This document shows positions 35,301 through 47,300 of a stretch of DNA of 64,000 bases, one piece after another. The position numbers were made by a program, and so were the translations under genes. This DNA comes from a virus (Duplodnaviria > Caudoviricetes), in IMG/VR virus record IMGVR_UViG_3300037484_000435, positions 256,001 to 320,000 of that record; one strand, written 5' to 3'. The stretch's first letter is position 1. Every line of letters starts with the position of its first letter. The notes beneath the pieces are model-generated. The model worked only from the letters and a program-made list of their open reading frames with translations. It was not told the origin of the DNA and did not search any database.

Positions 35301-38300
35301 AAGTCTTTGGCATAATTGTAGCATTAGCCGCTCCACCAGCAATACCAGAAAAATAATTAGGCCCCTCCATACCTTCAACTTTGGAACCCTGTTCGTAACC
35401 GTGCAGCCCCAAAGAGGCTAGCATCAAGGGCCCCATGACAGACATATTCCCAAACCTGTTCTTAGACAATTTCTCTGCTGTTCCCTTGGCACCTACAAAC
35501 TCGGCAACTTGTGCCAGAGAACCCCCGCCCGCTAACTTTTCCAACCCCTCTAGTTTACCACCAAAAGCCATGCCCGCTTTCGTAAAAATTCTAGCCCCAG
35601 CCATTCGACTGCCCAACCGCTCGTTGCCCAACGTCGCTGTTTGACCAGTTATAAACTCTTCTCTCAGGGGCTTAGCGGCCTTAGTACCTAACACAATGTC
35701 TCTCCCCACATCTGTCTCGGTTAGATGACTGACAGTTTCCAACTTCATCTGCTCAGATTGTTTTTGGGCCAAAGCTTCTCTAGCCACGTCATATTCCTTA
35801 TTACCTTCAAGACCCTGATCCCGATATTTATCGGCTAGTTCCACCTGCTCTTTTTCCCAGTCTTTCTGGTAACCAGTCTTTTCAACACCTTCAGGGGCAA
35901 CAACCGCTTCTTCAGCTGCTCTCCATAATTCTGGTTTTTCAGCAAAAGCTTCTTTGGACTGCTCGTATAGATTCTTAATTAATTCTGGTCTCTCCTCAGC
36001 AGGACGATTATAAACAGCCTGTTCCACCGCCTCATGAAGACCGACGTCCTTCCGATACTCCCGAACACTCTCGCTACCTGATCTACCGCGACGCTTAGCC
36101 GCTGCGTTCTCTTCCATGAATAGAGCATCATAAATTTGCTCTCCCATTTCTCCAATGCGGTATTCCGAGCCCCCGCGATGCTCAATACCAATCTCCTTTC
36201 CGCTCTGAGTTATTCTAGCCCCACCTTCGGTACCACGCTGTTGCATCTCACTCAATCTGCTTGTTAAATAGTCGACAGACTTTCCACGATCAAATTCTTT
36301 TGTCTCTTTAATCTGGCCAGTTCTCTTCATCATGTCTTCCAGTTGTCCTTCAGATAATTGAGAGACACCTCTACGAATAGCCTCTTCCCCTCTAAGTTCT
36401 TTATGGCCTTGTTTGATATTCTGCCACCAACTCCCTTTCTGGGTATCCGGGCGTTGACCAGTGTTATAATTATAGTATTCACCGAAATCCAATCCGCCCC
36501 GTGCTTTTTCTCCCGCGGTACGTAAATCCCGCGTAGCATAATCTTTAGCCCCGCGTGCTAAATCCTTTACATATTCCCACCTAGTATCGCCTTCCTTTCC
36601 TGTGTCATAGGTATCATATGTCCCTCCAAGTGGCCTCTTCACAAAATCTTTAGCCTGTTCCCACTGCTCTCTCCATGTTTTTTGAGGACTTGCGGATTCC
36701 TTTTGTCTACTAAGATTGTCTATTTGTTCCTCACGTTGTTTTATTGATTCTTCCGCTTTTCGTCTTTTTTGTTCATAGTTGACTTGATTAATCTCTGCCT
36801 TTTCATACCTTCTTTGCCCCCTTCTAGCTGTTCTATCCCATATACCAGGTTTTACCTCCTTATAGTCCTTATTTTCGTCCATAGTACGTTTTGCGTCATC
36901 AACTTTGTCTTTGTATTCCTTCTCAAGTTCCCTGTCCTTTTCTAATCTTTTGTTCTCTCTGTCAATCTCTTTTTGCAATTTTTCTTGTGATGGTTCCTGT
37001 CTACGCAGTTGTTTTACATAATCCCAACCTTCACCTGCTGCAGTGCCTGCGAGTCCCCCCAACACGGCTGGAACTAAACCAAGACCAGAAGCAGCACCAA
37101 GACCAAGAACTCCACCGATAACAGCCCTACGATGCTTTGAAGCAAAATCAAGCACTTTATTTCCTTTTTCATTGAAACTCTCTCTCCAGCTCCGCGCTTT
37201 TACCTCAGCAACCTTTTCAGCTTGTGGTTTCGCTTCTGGCATACTTTTATCTGCTGGTTCGCCTGAGAACTCCGAGAAATCTGGTAACTTATTGGTCGCT
37301 TTCTCTGGTTGAGGGGCTGTCCCACTCGCAGCCTCTTGCTGAGATCTTATCCACCAGTCCCTCGAACTCATCTCGGGAGAAAGGCCTTTACCACCAGGCA
37401 GAGACTCAACACCTTCGCCAACTGAACCGCGCATCGCTTCGCTTTGTTTTCGGAGGCCTGCCTCCATCCGGCTCTCTTTTGGGGCCTGCTCGGTTTCTAT
37501 TAGGGCTTGTTCAGCCCCCCCGACATCTCGGGTCTTTACCTCATTAAGGAGAGGTTCCTTTGCTTGCTTTTCCCATAGATCTGCTAAATTATCCAACCCA
37601 TATGCATGAGGGCTTTGGTAAATATCAGTAACCGCATGTTGCATCACTGTAGACCTTTGGTGCTTAGCTTCTATAGGGATGCCTGCCTCTAGGGACTCTC
37701 TGACTGCCTTGTGCACCGAACCCATCTGAACTTTCTGTATAGGTTTAACCCCCAGCTTTCTCTCGCCTTGTTTCTCATAATGAGCCAACTCAGCTTCCGC
37801 TTCAGCTAAGACATTTTCTACATTCACGTGGTGGTAAGCTGTGCCACCTCTCCCCCTAAACTCTGCGTCTAGTGCGTCAATTTTTACCTGATACTTACCT
37901 GCAACTTTTCCAGGAAAAACATTTTCTCCAGCCGCTTGTGCAATCTTTGCTTTATCCCGAGCTTCATTTCTCTCATTAACTAACTGTGCCCGCTTATCTC
38001 GATATTCTTGTTTGGCTCTTTCTACATCACTGAGTGTACCTTCTTGTGGACCCTTACTTTCCACTTTACTAGTCATAGCCCTAGCTTTCTCTTCTGCGAG
38101 TCTCTGGTAATTTGCTAATTCCTCCGCTTGTCCAGCTTTGTCAATAGCTCCACCTTGCGAAACCCTCTCGTTTGCTCTAGCTTGACGCTCTTGTCTAGCT
38201 ATTTCTTCTTGTTGTTGACGTTTTACTGCCTCTTCTGCTTGTTTTCGATTCTGCTCCTCTTGCATCCTAGCAGACTCTTCCGCTTGTTTACGTGCTAGAT

Positions 38301-41300
38301 CTTCCTTTACAGTGTCAGGTGTAGTAGGTTCTTTAGGAGCAACGCCCGCAAACTCGTCATACATTGCTTTAATTGCTATGTCAACTCCCCCTGTTTTATA
38401 GGCCTCCCCAGCACCTTTAGCCTCAAAGTATCTTTGGTTCCACTCAACTCGCTCTGGAGATTTCGCCCGCTCAGAAGCAGCTTGTTCTTTCTGTGTCCGT
38501 CCTTTATCTAATCCTTTATCTCTTCTCCATTTTATAAATACATCTTCATGTTCTTTTCCCCACGCCTTTTTATGTTTACGTTTCCATTCTTTCTCCTCAT
38601 CGGTTTCCACCCCTTGGCTAATATCCTCGTAAGCCTGATTGACTGCTTGAAAACGCTTGACAGCCTCATCCGGAAGAACCCCTTGAGCAACAAGTTTATC
38701 TGGGTGTGTTTGCTTAACTTGTCTCCTATAAGCCTTCTTGATCTCCTCTGGAGATGCATTTCGTTCTATCCCAAGTATCTCGTGCGGTGTTTGGCCCCCT
38801 ACTGCCCCATCCCACGAAGCACTTTCACTAAAACCACGACCACCCACATCTCTTACTTCTCTTTCCATATCCCTTAAACGTAGCATTGTTGGTGTGACAA
38901 CTTGTTCAGGAAAACTTTGCTTCATTTCTCTCTGGGCCCTACGTTCTGCACGTAGCTTTGCTCGGTCCTCTTTTCTAGGAGCAACTAATTCTGGGTATCT
39001 AGCACGGGTCTGTTCGGTAGATTTTCTAATAGCCTCAGCGAAATTAGGCGCATAACTTTCCATTCTATCAGCCATACTTTCCATCATACCCACAGTTTGT
39101 GGTTTTATATCTGTTCCCACACGTGTTATCTTATTTAAACCTTCGTCCCCAACAGTTTCTCTAAATTGCTTGAACAAACGCATACCCGCCGTCATCTTTT
39201 GTTCTGGCGATAAAGTAGGAGAGACAGTAAAACCTCTGAAAACACCGCCCCGCTCGCCCAACTTGTAGGACAAACTTGCCGCTTTCTCATGTTGAGGTGT
39301 AAACAAATCAAGTACATCGTAGCCACCCTCACGGCCCTTTGACGATATTTCCTTGTGATACCAGTCTGGGGCGGGCCTTCTCTGCACAGGTGTTTCGACC
39401 CCACCAAACATACCCTTTAGAGAACCAAGTAAACTAGCACTCTCGCTAAAGTTATCCTTATTAATTACAGGTGCGGACTCCCTCTTACGATTAAGTAACA
39501 TATAAGGATAGGCGTAACGTGCTTGGTTTAATGCTGGTGGTGTAAATCCCTTTTGGTCTTCTTCATCCTTTAAAACCTTTGGCTGTCCTTCTAAAACAGA
39601 CTCGAAAGCCGCTTGAACTGCCCCAGTTCTTTGTTGTGGTTGAGCAGTAGTTAGGGTGGGGACTTGTAAAGTTTCCTCGCCCACCGATTGAATCATACGT
39701 TCCTTTGCAGTTTGAATAAGTCTTCTATCTTTCTCTATAAGCTGCGGACTTTTAAGAATTCGATCAAGAATGGCGGCTCCCCCGCGAACCATATTCTGCA
39801 TACCTGGGTCGGTTATCTTTTCTCCAAATGCGACTTTAGATTGAATATACCTTATTATCATCTCTTCAATCTTATCTTGATATTCTTGTTTCTTATCCTT
39901 ATTTGAATAACTCCCCCCAGGACCAAATTCGGGAAGACTGGTATAAGCCTGCACTTCTTTTAATATACGCGAGTTGGGCGCAAAGTGTAAACGTTTATAA
40001 ATATCTTCTGTTGTTTCTCCCAAAGGTTTCTTATCTACTTGTGCGTTACGTAAAACTTTTGCCACAGGGTGCAGGCCCGCTTCATGCGCAACACTCAACC
40101 ACGTAGGAACGTCATACCCAGATTCACGCATTTGCCCGTTTTCTAAATCAAAACGGCTTCCTTTTCTAGATCCAGTAGAAACCATGGCTGCAGAACCCAC
40201 ACCACCATAAGTGCCTTTCTGTGCTGATATGCCACGAGTTGTTAAATAACCAGTTGCTGTTGGGACTTTCCCAATATCAGGATCGTCTGTGAATGAGAGC
40301 AATCCTCCCTCAGTATTATATACTCGGTCAGCCTTAAACCCTTTAGGGGCAAGATATTCCCAAGCTTCTCTATTCAACGAGGGCTTAATTGTGTTAGCAA
40401 TATTCATGGCCTGCTGCCCAAGATCTGCCAATGGGGGTTCCGTTATTTTAGTAGGTTGTCCACTCGGAGCCGTGGTAGGTGCTGGTAAAACAAAAGGAAT
40501 AATATTAGGAGATCCAGTGGGAATTGTTGCTGTTACTGGGGTCTCTGATATAATATTACGAGCGGGCTTAACTGGAGGACCCACTACTGTAGAAGTAGCA
40601 GCGTAGACTTGTCCTGCTTGATAACTCCCTGTGGATTCGATAGCAGATTGAGCAGTGCCTCTTGATACTTCTGGTGGTGTAGACGGCACCGCAGAAGAAC
40701 CTCCACCACGTTCATCCTTACTGGTTCCCGTTCCCTTATCCCCACACAAACACTTTTGTATAGTAAGTAATGTTTCGGATATTTTATTCAAAAGTTTGGA
40801 TTTATCTAGGCTCTCCTTCATAGCTAAATCCATAACCCTGACCATTTCTCTACCTTGAGCCGACTTAATGCCTGCATCATCGGCCTTGCTCATAAGGTCC
40901 CTCATTTCTCCGCCTTCAGGCCCTAACCCTTTTAAATAAATCTGTTCTTGTTTTAGGTCCATCGCTGGTTGATAATTAACAACACGCCACATCTCTCTGC
41001 CCTGCGACGATCTAACCCCGTGCTCTGAGGCCATCTTCATATTTTCAGCTTCGTTTAAAGCAGACATTTCTGCTACAGGATTTCCTTCTGCGCGTTTTCT
41101 TATCCCAGATAACCACTCGGCTTCTTCTGCCCCAGCCATCGGTTTCAATTGCCCAAACATACTCCCGCCCAGTATGCCAGGCGTTGTTTCAGAACCATAA
41201 ACATTCTTCAAAATCCAAGGGTCTACACCAGCACCGCCACGGGCGGTAGACGCTAAACCTTGCTGCAAAGATTGCTCTTTCCACTTCTCTACGTATTTTT

Positions 41301-44300
41301 GATAAACTGTATCTGATGTTGTATCAGTTACACTAACATTCCTGCCCACATTTATATCTGTCCAATCTTTCCTTTCATTAATGGATTTTAACTGGGCTTC
41401 TTCTTGTTTTTTTCTTACTTCTTCTGTTGTGAAATTATTAGTTGTTGTTGTCGAGGTTGACGAAGTAGCCCCGTAAGTGGTCTGGCCCAATACACCTGCC
41501 TGTAATTGTGCCAACATATCTTTGGCGTAACCTGTAGGATCCATTACTTGTTTAAAAGCGGCCTTTTGGTCTTCAGTTAGGTCTTTTGTACTTCCAGTAA
41601 GAGCTTCTTGAAGATTTCTGATCGCATCTACAATAGGAACCCAAGTGAATCTTGCAGTTTGTGCTGAATCCTCCACTTTTATAGCCTGCTTGAGGATATT
41701 GGACATTTGTTTAAACTCTGAGAGGGACTCAAACCCACGACGTGTAGCAACCCCACCTCTGTTATCAACTATATCCGCAGCCTTCTCCATATCTTCCTTA
41801 AGTTTAGATTTCATAGGTGCAAACGTCTTTACGAGATCAGGAAACTGACCCCCATACATAACTTCAGTTTCTTCTATCGTCTTTTCTGCTTCTTGTGCAA
41901 CCCCTTTTTGTCGTTCAAATTTTTGATCTTCGCGTTTTTGTAAGTAATTAATCTGCTCTTCTTTTGCAGTCCACGTTATACGTTCTTTTTGTGCTCGATA
42001 CTCCCCAGGTTTAATTTCACCAGACCGATTCTTCGCGTCTAAGGCAGCCAACTCCTGTGCTTCCTTGCTTCCTTGACGAAAAGCCACCGGTACTTTTTCC
42101 GGGTATTCCCTGTCGAATTCTTCATAGTCTGAGCTTTGGGTACGGTAATCTGCCCCCATACCCGGCATAATTACATTCTTCCCACCTATAGTTTCCATCC
42201 TAGCCCGCTGAACTGAAGATGGGTGTTTACCCATCTCTGTGTCCATACGAACCGTGTCTAGACCCCAGCGAGTGCGTGCCATAACTTCTAGTTGCACTGC
42301 GAGTTGCTCAAATTTCTGGGCAACTTGTGCTACCTTTCCTAACATATTAATTTTCTCAATAAGGGGTTCGAGTGCTTTACGGGCCTCCTCAGCAGACCCC
42401 TTGAATACAGTAGACGCCTTTCCAAAAATTTCTGCTTGCGCCAGATACTTTTCTTGTTCCTTGCCTGTTGTGATACCGCCCATAAGTCTGGCTTCAACTT
42501 CTTTCTGCTGAAAAGCCCCAGCTTTCTCAGCTAACGTATTCACCGTAGCGGTGCCCATATGTGCCTCAGCTGCTAGATTAGGAGCATACTTTGTGACAAC
42601 CTCCCTCGGGGTTAATTCGTGTTCAGCCTTAGTCTCTTGCCATTGATACTCAGCAACGCCCTTAGCTGCTCCCGCCACAGGGGACTTTAGTTCTCGGGAA
42701 AGCATGTCTCCAGAGATTCTAGCTAGGTCTCCCATCGTCTGCTTTAACAGTTGCATCGATTCTTGTAATGCTTCCATCTTGGCCAAAGTAACAGCAAATT
42801 GCTGGGCTAAACCCTCAAGGGCTTTCATCTGCCCCTTGTATGCCTCGGTAAGTCCTTCATGTTTTTGCTGTAAAAAGGCTAGTTGGCGATCTAATTCTGC
42901 TACTGACTCCTGATCGCCCGAAGCCGCAGCCATAGTCCTCTTTGCTTGTGTTGCTTGAACTTCCCCCGCCGACCTGCCAAGTTGCTCTTTCCATTGTCTT
43001 TCCAATTCTTGGGCCTGCATCCCTGTTTCATACATCTTCGGAGCATGCTTCGCCATGAGTTGGCTAGGGCTCATCTCATAGGAGTACCATTGTGGGCGTT
43101 GGGTCTCCCCCATATACCCAGACTGAGTAAAAAGACTCGCGTTACGACTATCACTAATTTTTTGTCCGAGAGTTCCCACAGCAGTCGTAATATCCACGAT
43201 CATCTTTTTAGTTTCCATAACTATCTTGATTTCCCACAACTTCTGGGATGCTTTCTTGAGAGTTTCATCTAGGGTAGACACTTCTTGGGTCAATGCTTCA
43301 ATCTTAGCTTCAGCAGCTTTCATCCCTTTTTCATATTGATCCGCACGGTTCTTATCCCCACCAGGTTGTTTCTCCTGTGCATATAATGAAGCCATTTTCT
43401 GTAATTCAGATTTTGTAGCATCTATTTCACTAATAACCTGATTACGTCGCATTTGGGCTTCCTGAGCTTGTTTAGCTTCAGGACCACCAAACTTGGCAAA
43501 ATATTCTTGTGGATTGAGATCAAATTGAGTTCTTGGTCCTTCTTGAATCTGTGTGGGCATCGCTATCCCGGCCATAATACTACCAGGAGCCTGCTTTAGT
43601 GCAGATATATTAAATTCATGGGGAAGGGCTACTTCGAATTTAGCACGCATCCCTACCAACATATTATTCAGCTGCTTAACAAAACCTTCGGCTAAAAGTT
43701 TTACAACCTTACTCTCTTCCGCCTTGAGTTCCCTGATTAGCTTATCTAGCTCCTCTTTTGTTTTAGTTGGAAGGTCTTCCTTGGCTAATTTCTCCTCAAG
43801 ATCTTTCAACATTTCTGCAGTTCTCTCCAGATTATTCTTTATCCCCTGTAGATTAATGGAGCGACCCGCTTCTAGGTCACGTTTAGTTTGCTTTAGTTGG
43901 TCTAACTCAGTATTCCACTTACTTTCGTTAGATGATGCCGCCGAATAGTTACTTTCTGCACTATTCAACTCATCAAATCTCTGCTTAGCCTCGTCTACCT
44001 TCTTTTTAAAACTAACTGCCTCAGGAGTACCAAAGTTACCCTTGTATTTTTCACTGTACTCCCCAGATAGCTTAGACCACTCTTCACCTAGATTTCTATC
44101 TTTATATTTCGCCTTAACTTTTTCAAGTTCCTTAGCTGCTTTTTCTCTTTCAGGAACCGCAGATTTAAGAGCCTGCTCTGCCGCAGGGATACTCGTTTCA
44201 ATAGTTGTTTTTAACTTTTCTCGTTGGCTAGTAGTAAGCTCCGCTTCTTTAGGTAACTTGTTTACCCGACTCTGCTCGTTTGCGACAGCTTCTCTCGCTA

Positions 44301-47300
44301 TCGCTGCGGAATCCATTGCTGCTCGGGCCTGCACGTCAGCTTTTTGAGCCTCCTCAACCATGGCCCGCTTCTGATTAATCTTCTCTATATCACGTTTATT
44401 GTCTGGATTTAAAGCAACTAATTCTTCCGCCGTCATCTCCGCAATAGGTTTGGGAAGTAGATTTTGTGTTAAAGGAGCTACCTTTCCATAATTAGATGAC
44501 ATTGGTCCCCACGAATAAGTTGCTTTTTGTAGTTCGGCACCAGCAACCCCTGTAACCTCATTACGATTCCATCCGAGTTCTGCACGTTTTATTTCCAACC
44601 TCGCCCTCTCAACAGCCTGCATCTCTTTGAACAGTCTCATCATTGCTTCCCCAGCTGTGATGATACCGGCGTAATTATCACGTAATTCTTCCAGTTTCTT
44701 GTTAAGGGCATCATACTGCTTAACACCAGCATCAATTTCTGATATTCCTCGTGCAATCTCATAACCTGCCGTTCTTGCTGCCCTTAACGGAACCTCCGCT
44801 TGTGCTTTATCACGCAAGGCGTTTAACGCCTGTTCAATAGAGCTAAGCCTATCTATTTGTGGCCCTAATTCCTTTTCACTTATTTTTCCGGCCTTGCGAT
44901 CTTCTAGTAATTGTTGTCTGCGCTTCGCAACAGCTGTTAGCTGCTCCTCAATCTCTGTACCCGCGGCGGACACCTTTTTAGATTTAGTTTTTCCCTTTAG
45001 ATCTTCCAAGTTATCTAGAAAAGGAATAGTTTCCTCCATATTTTTTAACTTGTCATCCTGTGCACGAGTAATCTTACCACCTAAAGCTAGAAAAGTTTCT
45101 CTCATCCCCACTGCTTCCGCAGGAGTAGCACTAACTATTCGTTTTGCTTGGTTTTGAAAATTTATAAAATCACTATACTTTCCACCTTCATTTTTTGTAA
45201 CTTCTTTTTGGAGCTTAGGATTATTTTCTAAAGTAATAAAACCCAGTTGTTGTTGTAATTTAGTTCGCTCACCTACACTCTTTTGTGATATCTCTTGCAT
45301 TTGTGACTGGTAGGCCTTTTCTTCAGATTCAAAACGGGTCCATGCTTGATAAACAGCTGGTTGTTCTTGCTTAAACCGATCCATGGGAGTAGCTTCTGTT
45401 ACATCCCTCATCCGTTGTTGTATATCTGGTCCACCAAAACCTCTACCAAATCCCATATTTTCTTTTGAAGTTTTAAATGTTTGGGCAAGCTCTTCACTGG
45501 CGGCACGAGCTTTTGCAAAAGCGGCTGTTAAAGCAAGAACTTCGGCATTATCATTCTTCAACGATTGCCTCCTTAATTCCATTTCCTCCAATTCCTGCTT
45601 GATTTTTTCTGGATTATCAGAAATCTTCAATGCTTGAGCCTTCATCTTATCTCTGAGCGCTTCTATTGCTTTTTCCAACTCTTGGGTAGGTGTAGGACCG
45701 ACACCCATTGCTTTTAATGGACTAAATCCTAACAGGGGGTCAAACCCCAGAGTGTCTTTAGCACCTTTTCCCAAACCAGCAGCGATATTTATAACTTTAT
45801 CAATGCCACCTTCTTCTTGTGCCTGTCTTTTTAACATCGCTATTCTTTTATAATCTCGGTCTAATTCTCTGTAACCACTCTTATCCGTAGACTTTAGGTA
45901 CTTACCAAATTCAGTTTTACTAAGTTCGTCAAACGTACCTTTATCCCCGCCAATAAGCTCAGACATGTACCCTGTTTGTGACCTCATTCGGTCCTCCAAC
46001 ATTTCACTGTCCATCTTTTCATTAAAAGATTTCATACCAACCATCATGCCACCAGCACCAAGCAAAGGCACTAGAGCACTTGTTAGTTGGGAAGGAACAC
46101 TTACTGTAGATTGTTTTCGTAGATCTTCTAAGTCTTTATTCGCCCTAGCAAATTCTGACTGCTTTCTAGCCGCAGGGCTAAACGCGGACATATCGACTAC
46201 TGGATTAGCTTTACCAACCAATTCTATACCCATAATATTTTCATATATAAAATCTTTTATTTTGGTTCCCAAAGGCTTAACTAAATCATACGCTAAAGCG
46301 GATGCGGCTGCACCAGCAACAGTTCCCAAAGGACCCGCAAATACAGACCCCACAGCACTGAAAATCCCCATAAGTATACCTTGTAAGCCAAGGGCACCCA
46401 CCAATTCAGGGACAATAGATGTTAGACCACCAACACCATATTTTTCTTTTGCCTCAGTTACCCCAGAGATAGTTTCCGCTACAACCCCAACAGCTGGAAG
46501 GGCGTGTCCGACACCCCTTAATGCCGGTAAACTTTTTGCAACACTTGGAAATGCAGTAAGAATTTTTCCTGTGGCAGTTTTCCCCAAATGACCAAACTCT
46601 TCGGCCACAGGTAAACCCTTATTAAAATCAGCTATTGCTCGTTCTAGTGCGGCGGTCTCAGCTTTAGCCCCTCCCATGATTGTCTTTAACGTGCCACCCT
46701 CACCGAAGAGATTGCTTTTCCAAGTCATACCTTTCCCAGCGGCCCCTCCTATCTCTTGTGCTACCATTACATCTGGTCTTATTACTGACATCACACCTTG
46801 CCCAAAAGCTCTTGGCATTGCACCAACGTTTCCTAGAGCAGGTTTTCCACCACCTACATTCATCAGTATAGAGCCAAGTCCTGCGACACCAGCAATACCT
46901 CCGTAGGCTTGTGCATGTGACAACTTAAATGTCTCTTCCAACTTAGAAGCAGCATACTCAGTCCCCATCATAGTCAGCATCATACCAGTCATTCCAGCAC
47001 CTTTACTCGGAGAAAGTCCTGACGGCCTCGGCATACCAGTTCTCTCCAACTCTTGAAAGGCCAAACTCATACCACGTATATTTGTTCGTATATCTCGATT
47101 ACCTTCCGCCAAGGAAGCTGAAAATCTCTGGATTTCCTTTCCAGCTTGGCTCATAGGGTCTATCATCTCAGCTTTAAGGAAGTCATTTATTCTTGCTTGT
47201 AAAACATCACGTGTTAATGGCTGTTGCACTGTACCAGGAGCCCCTTCAGTTTGGGTCAATGTCGCGTGGAGTCTCTGGGTAATTTCTCCTGCATTAATTG

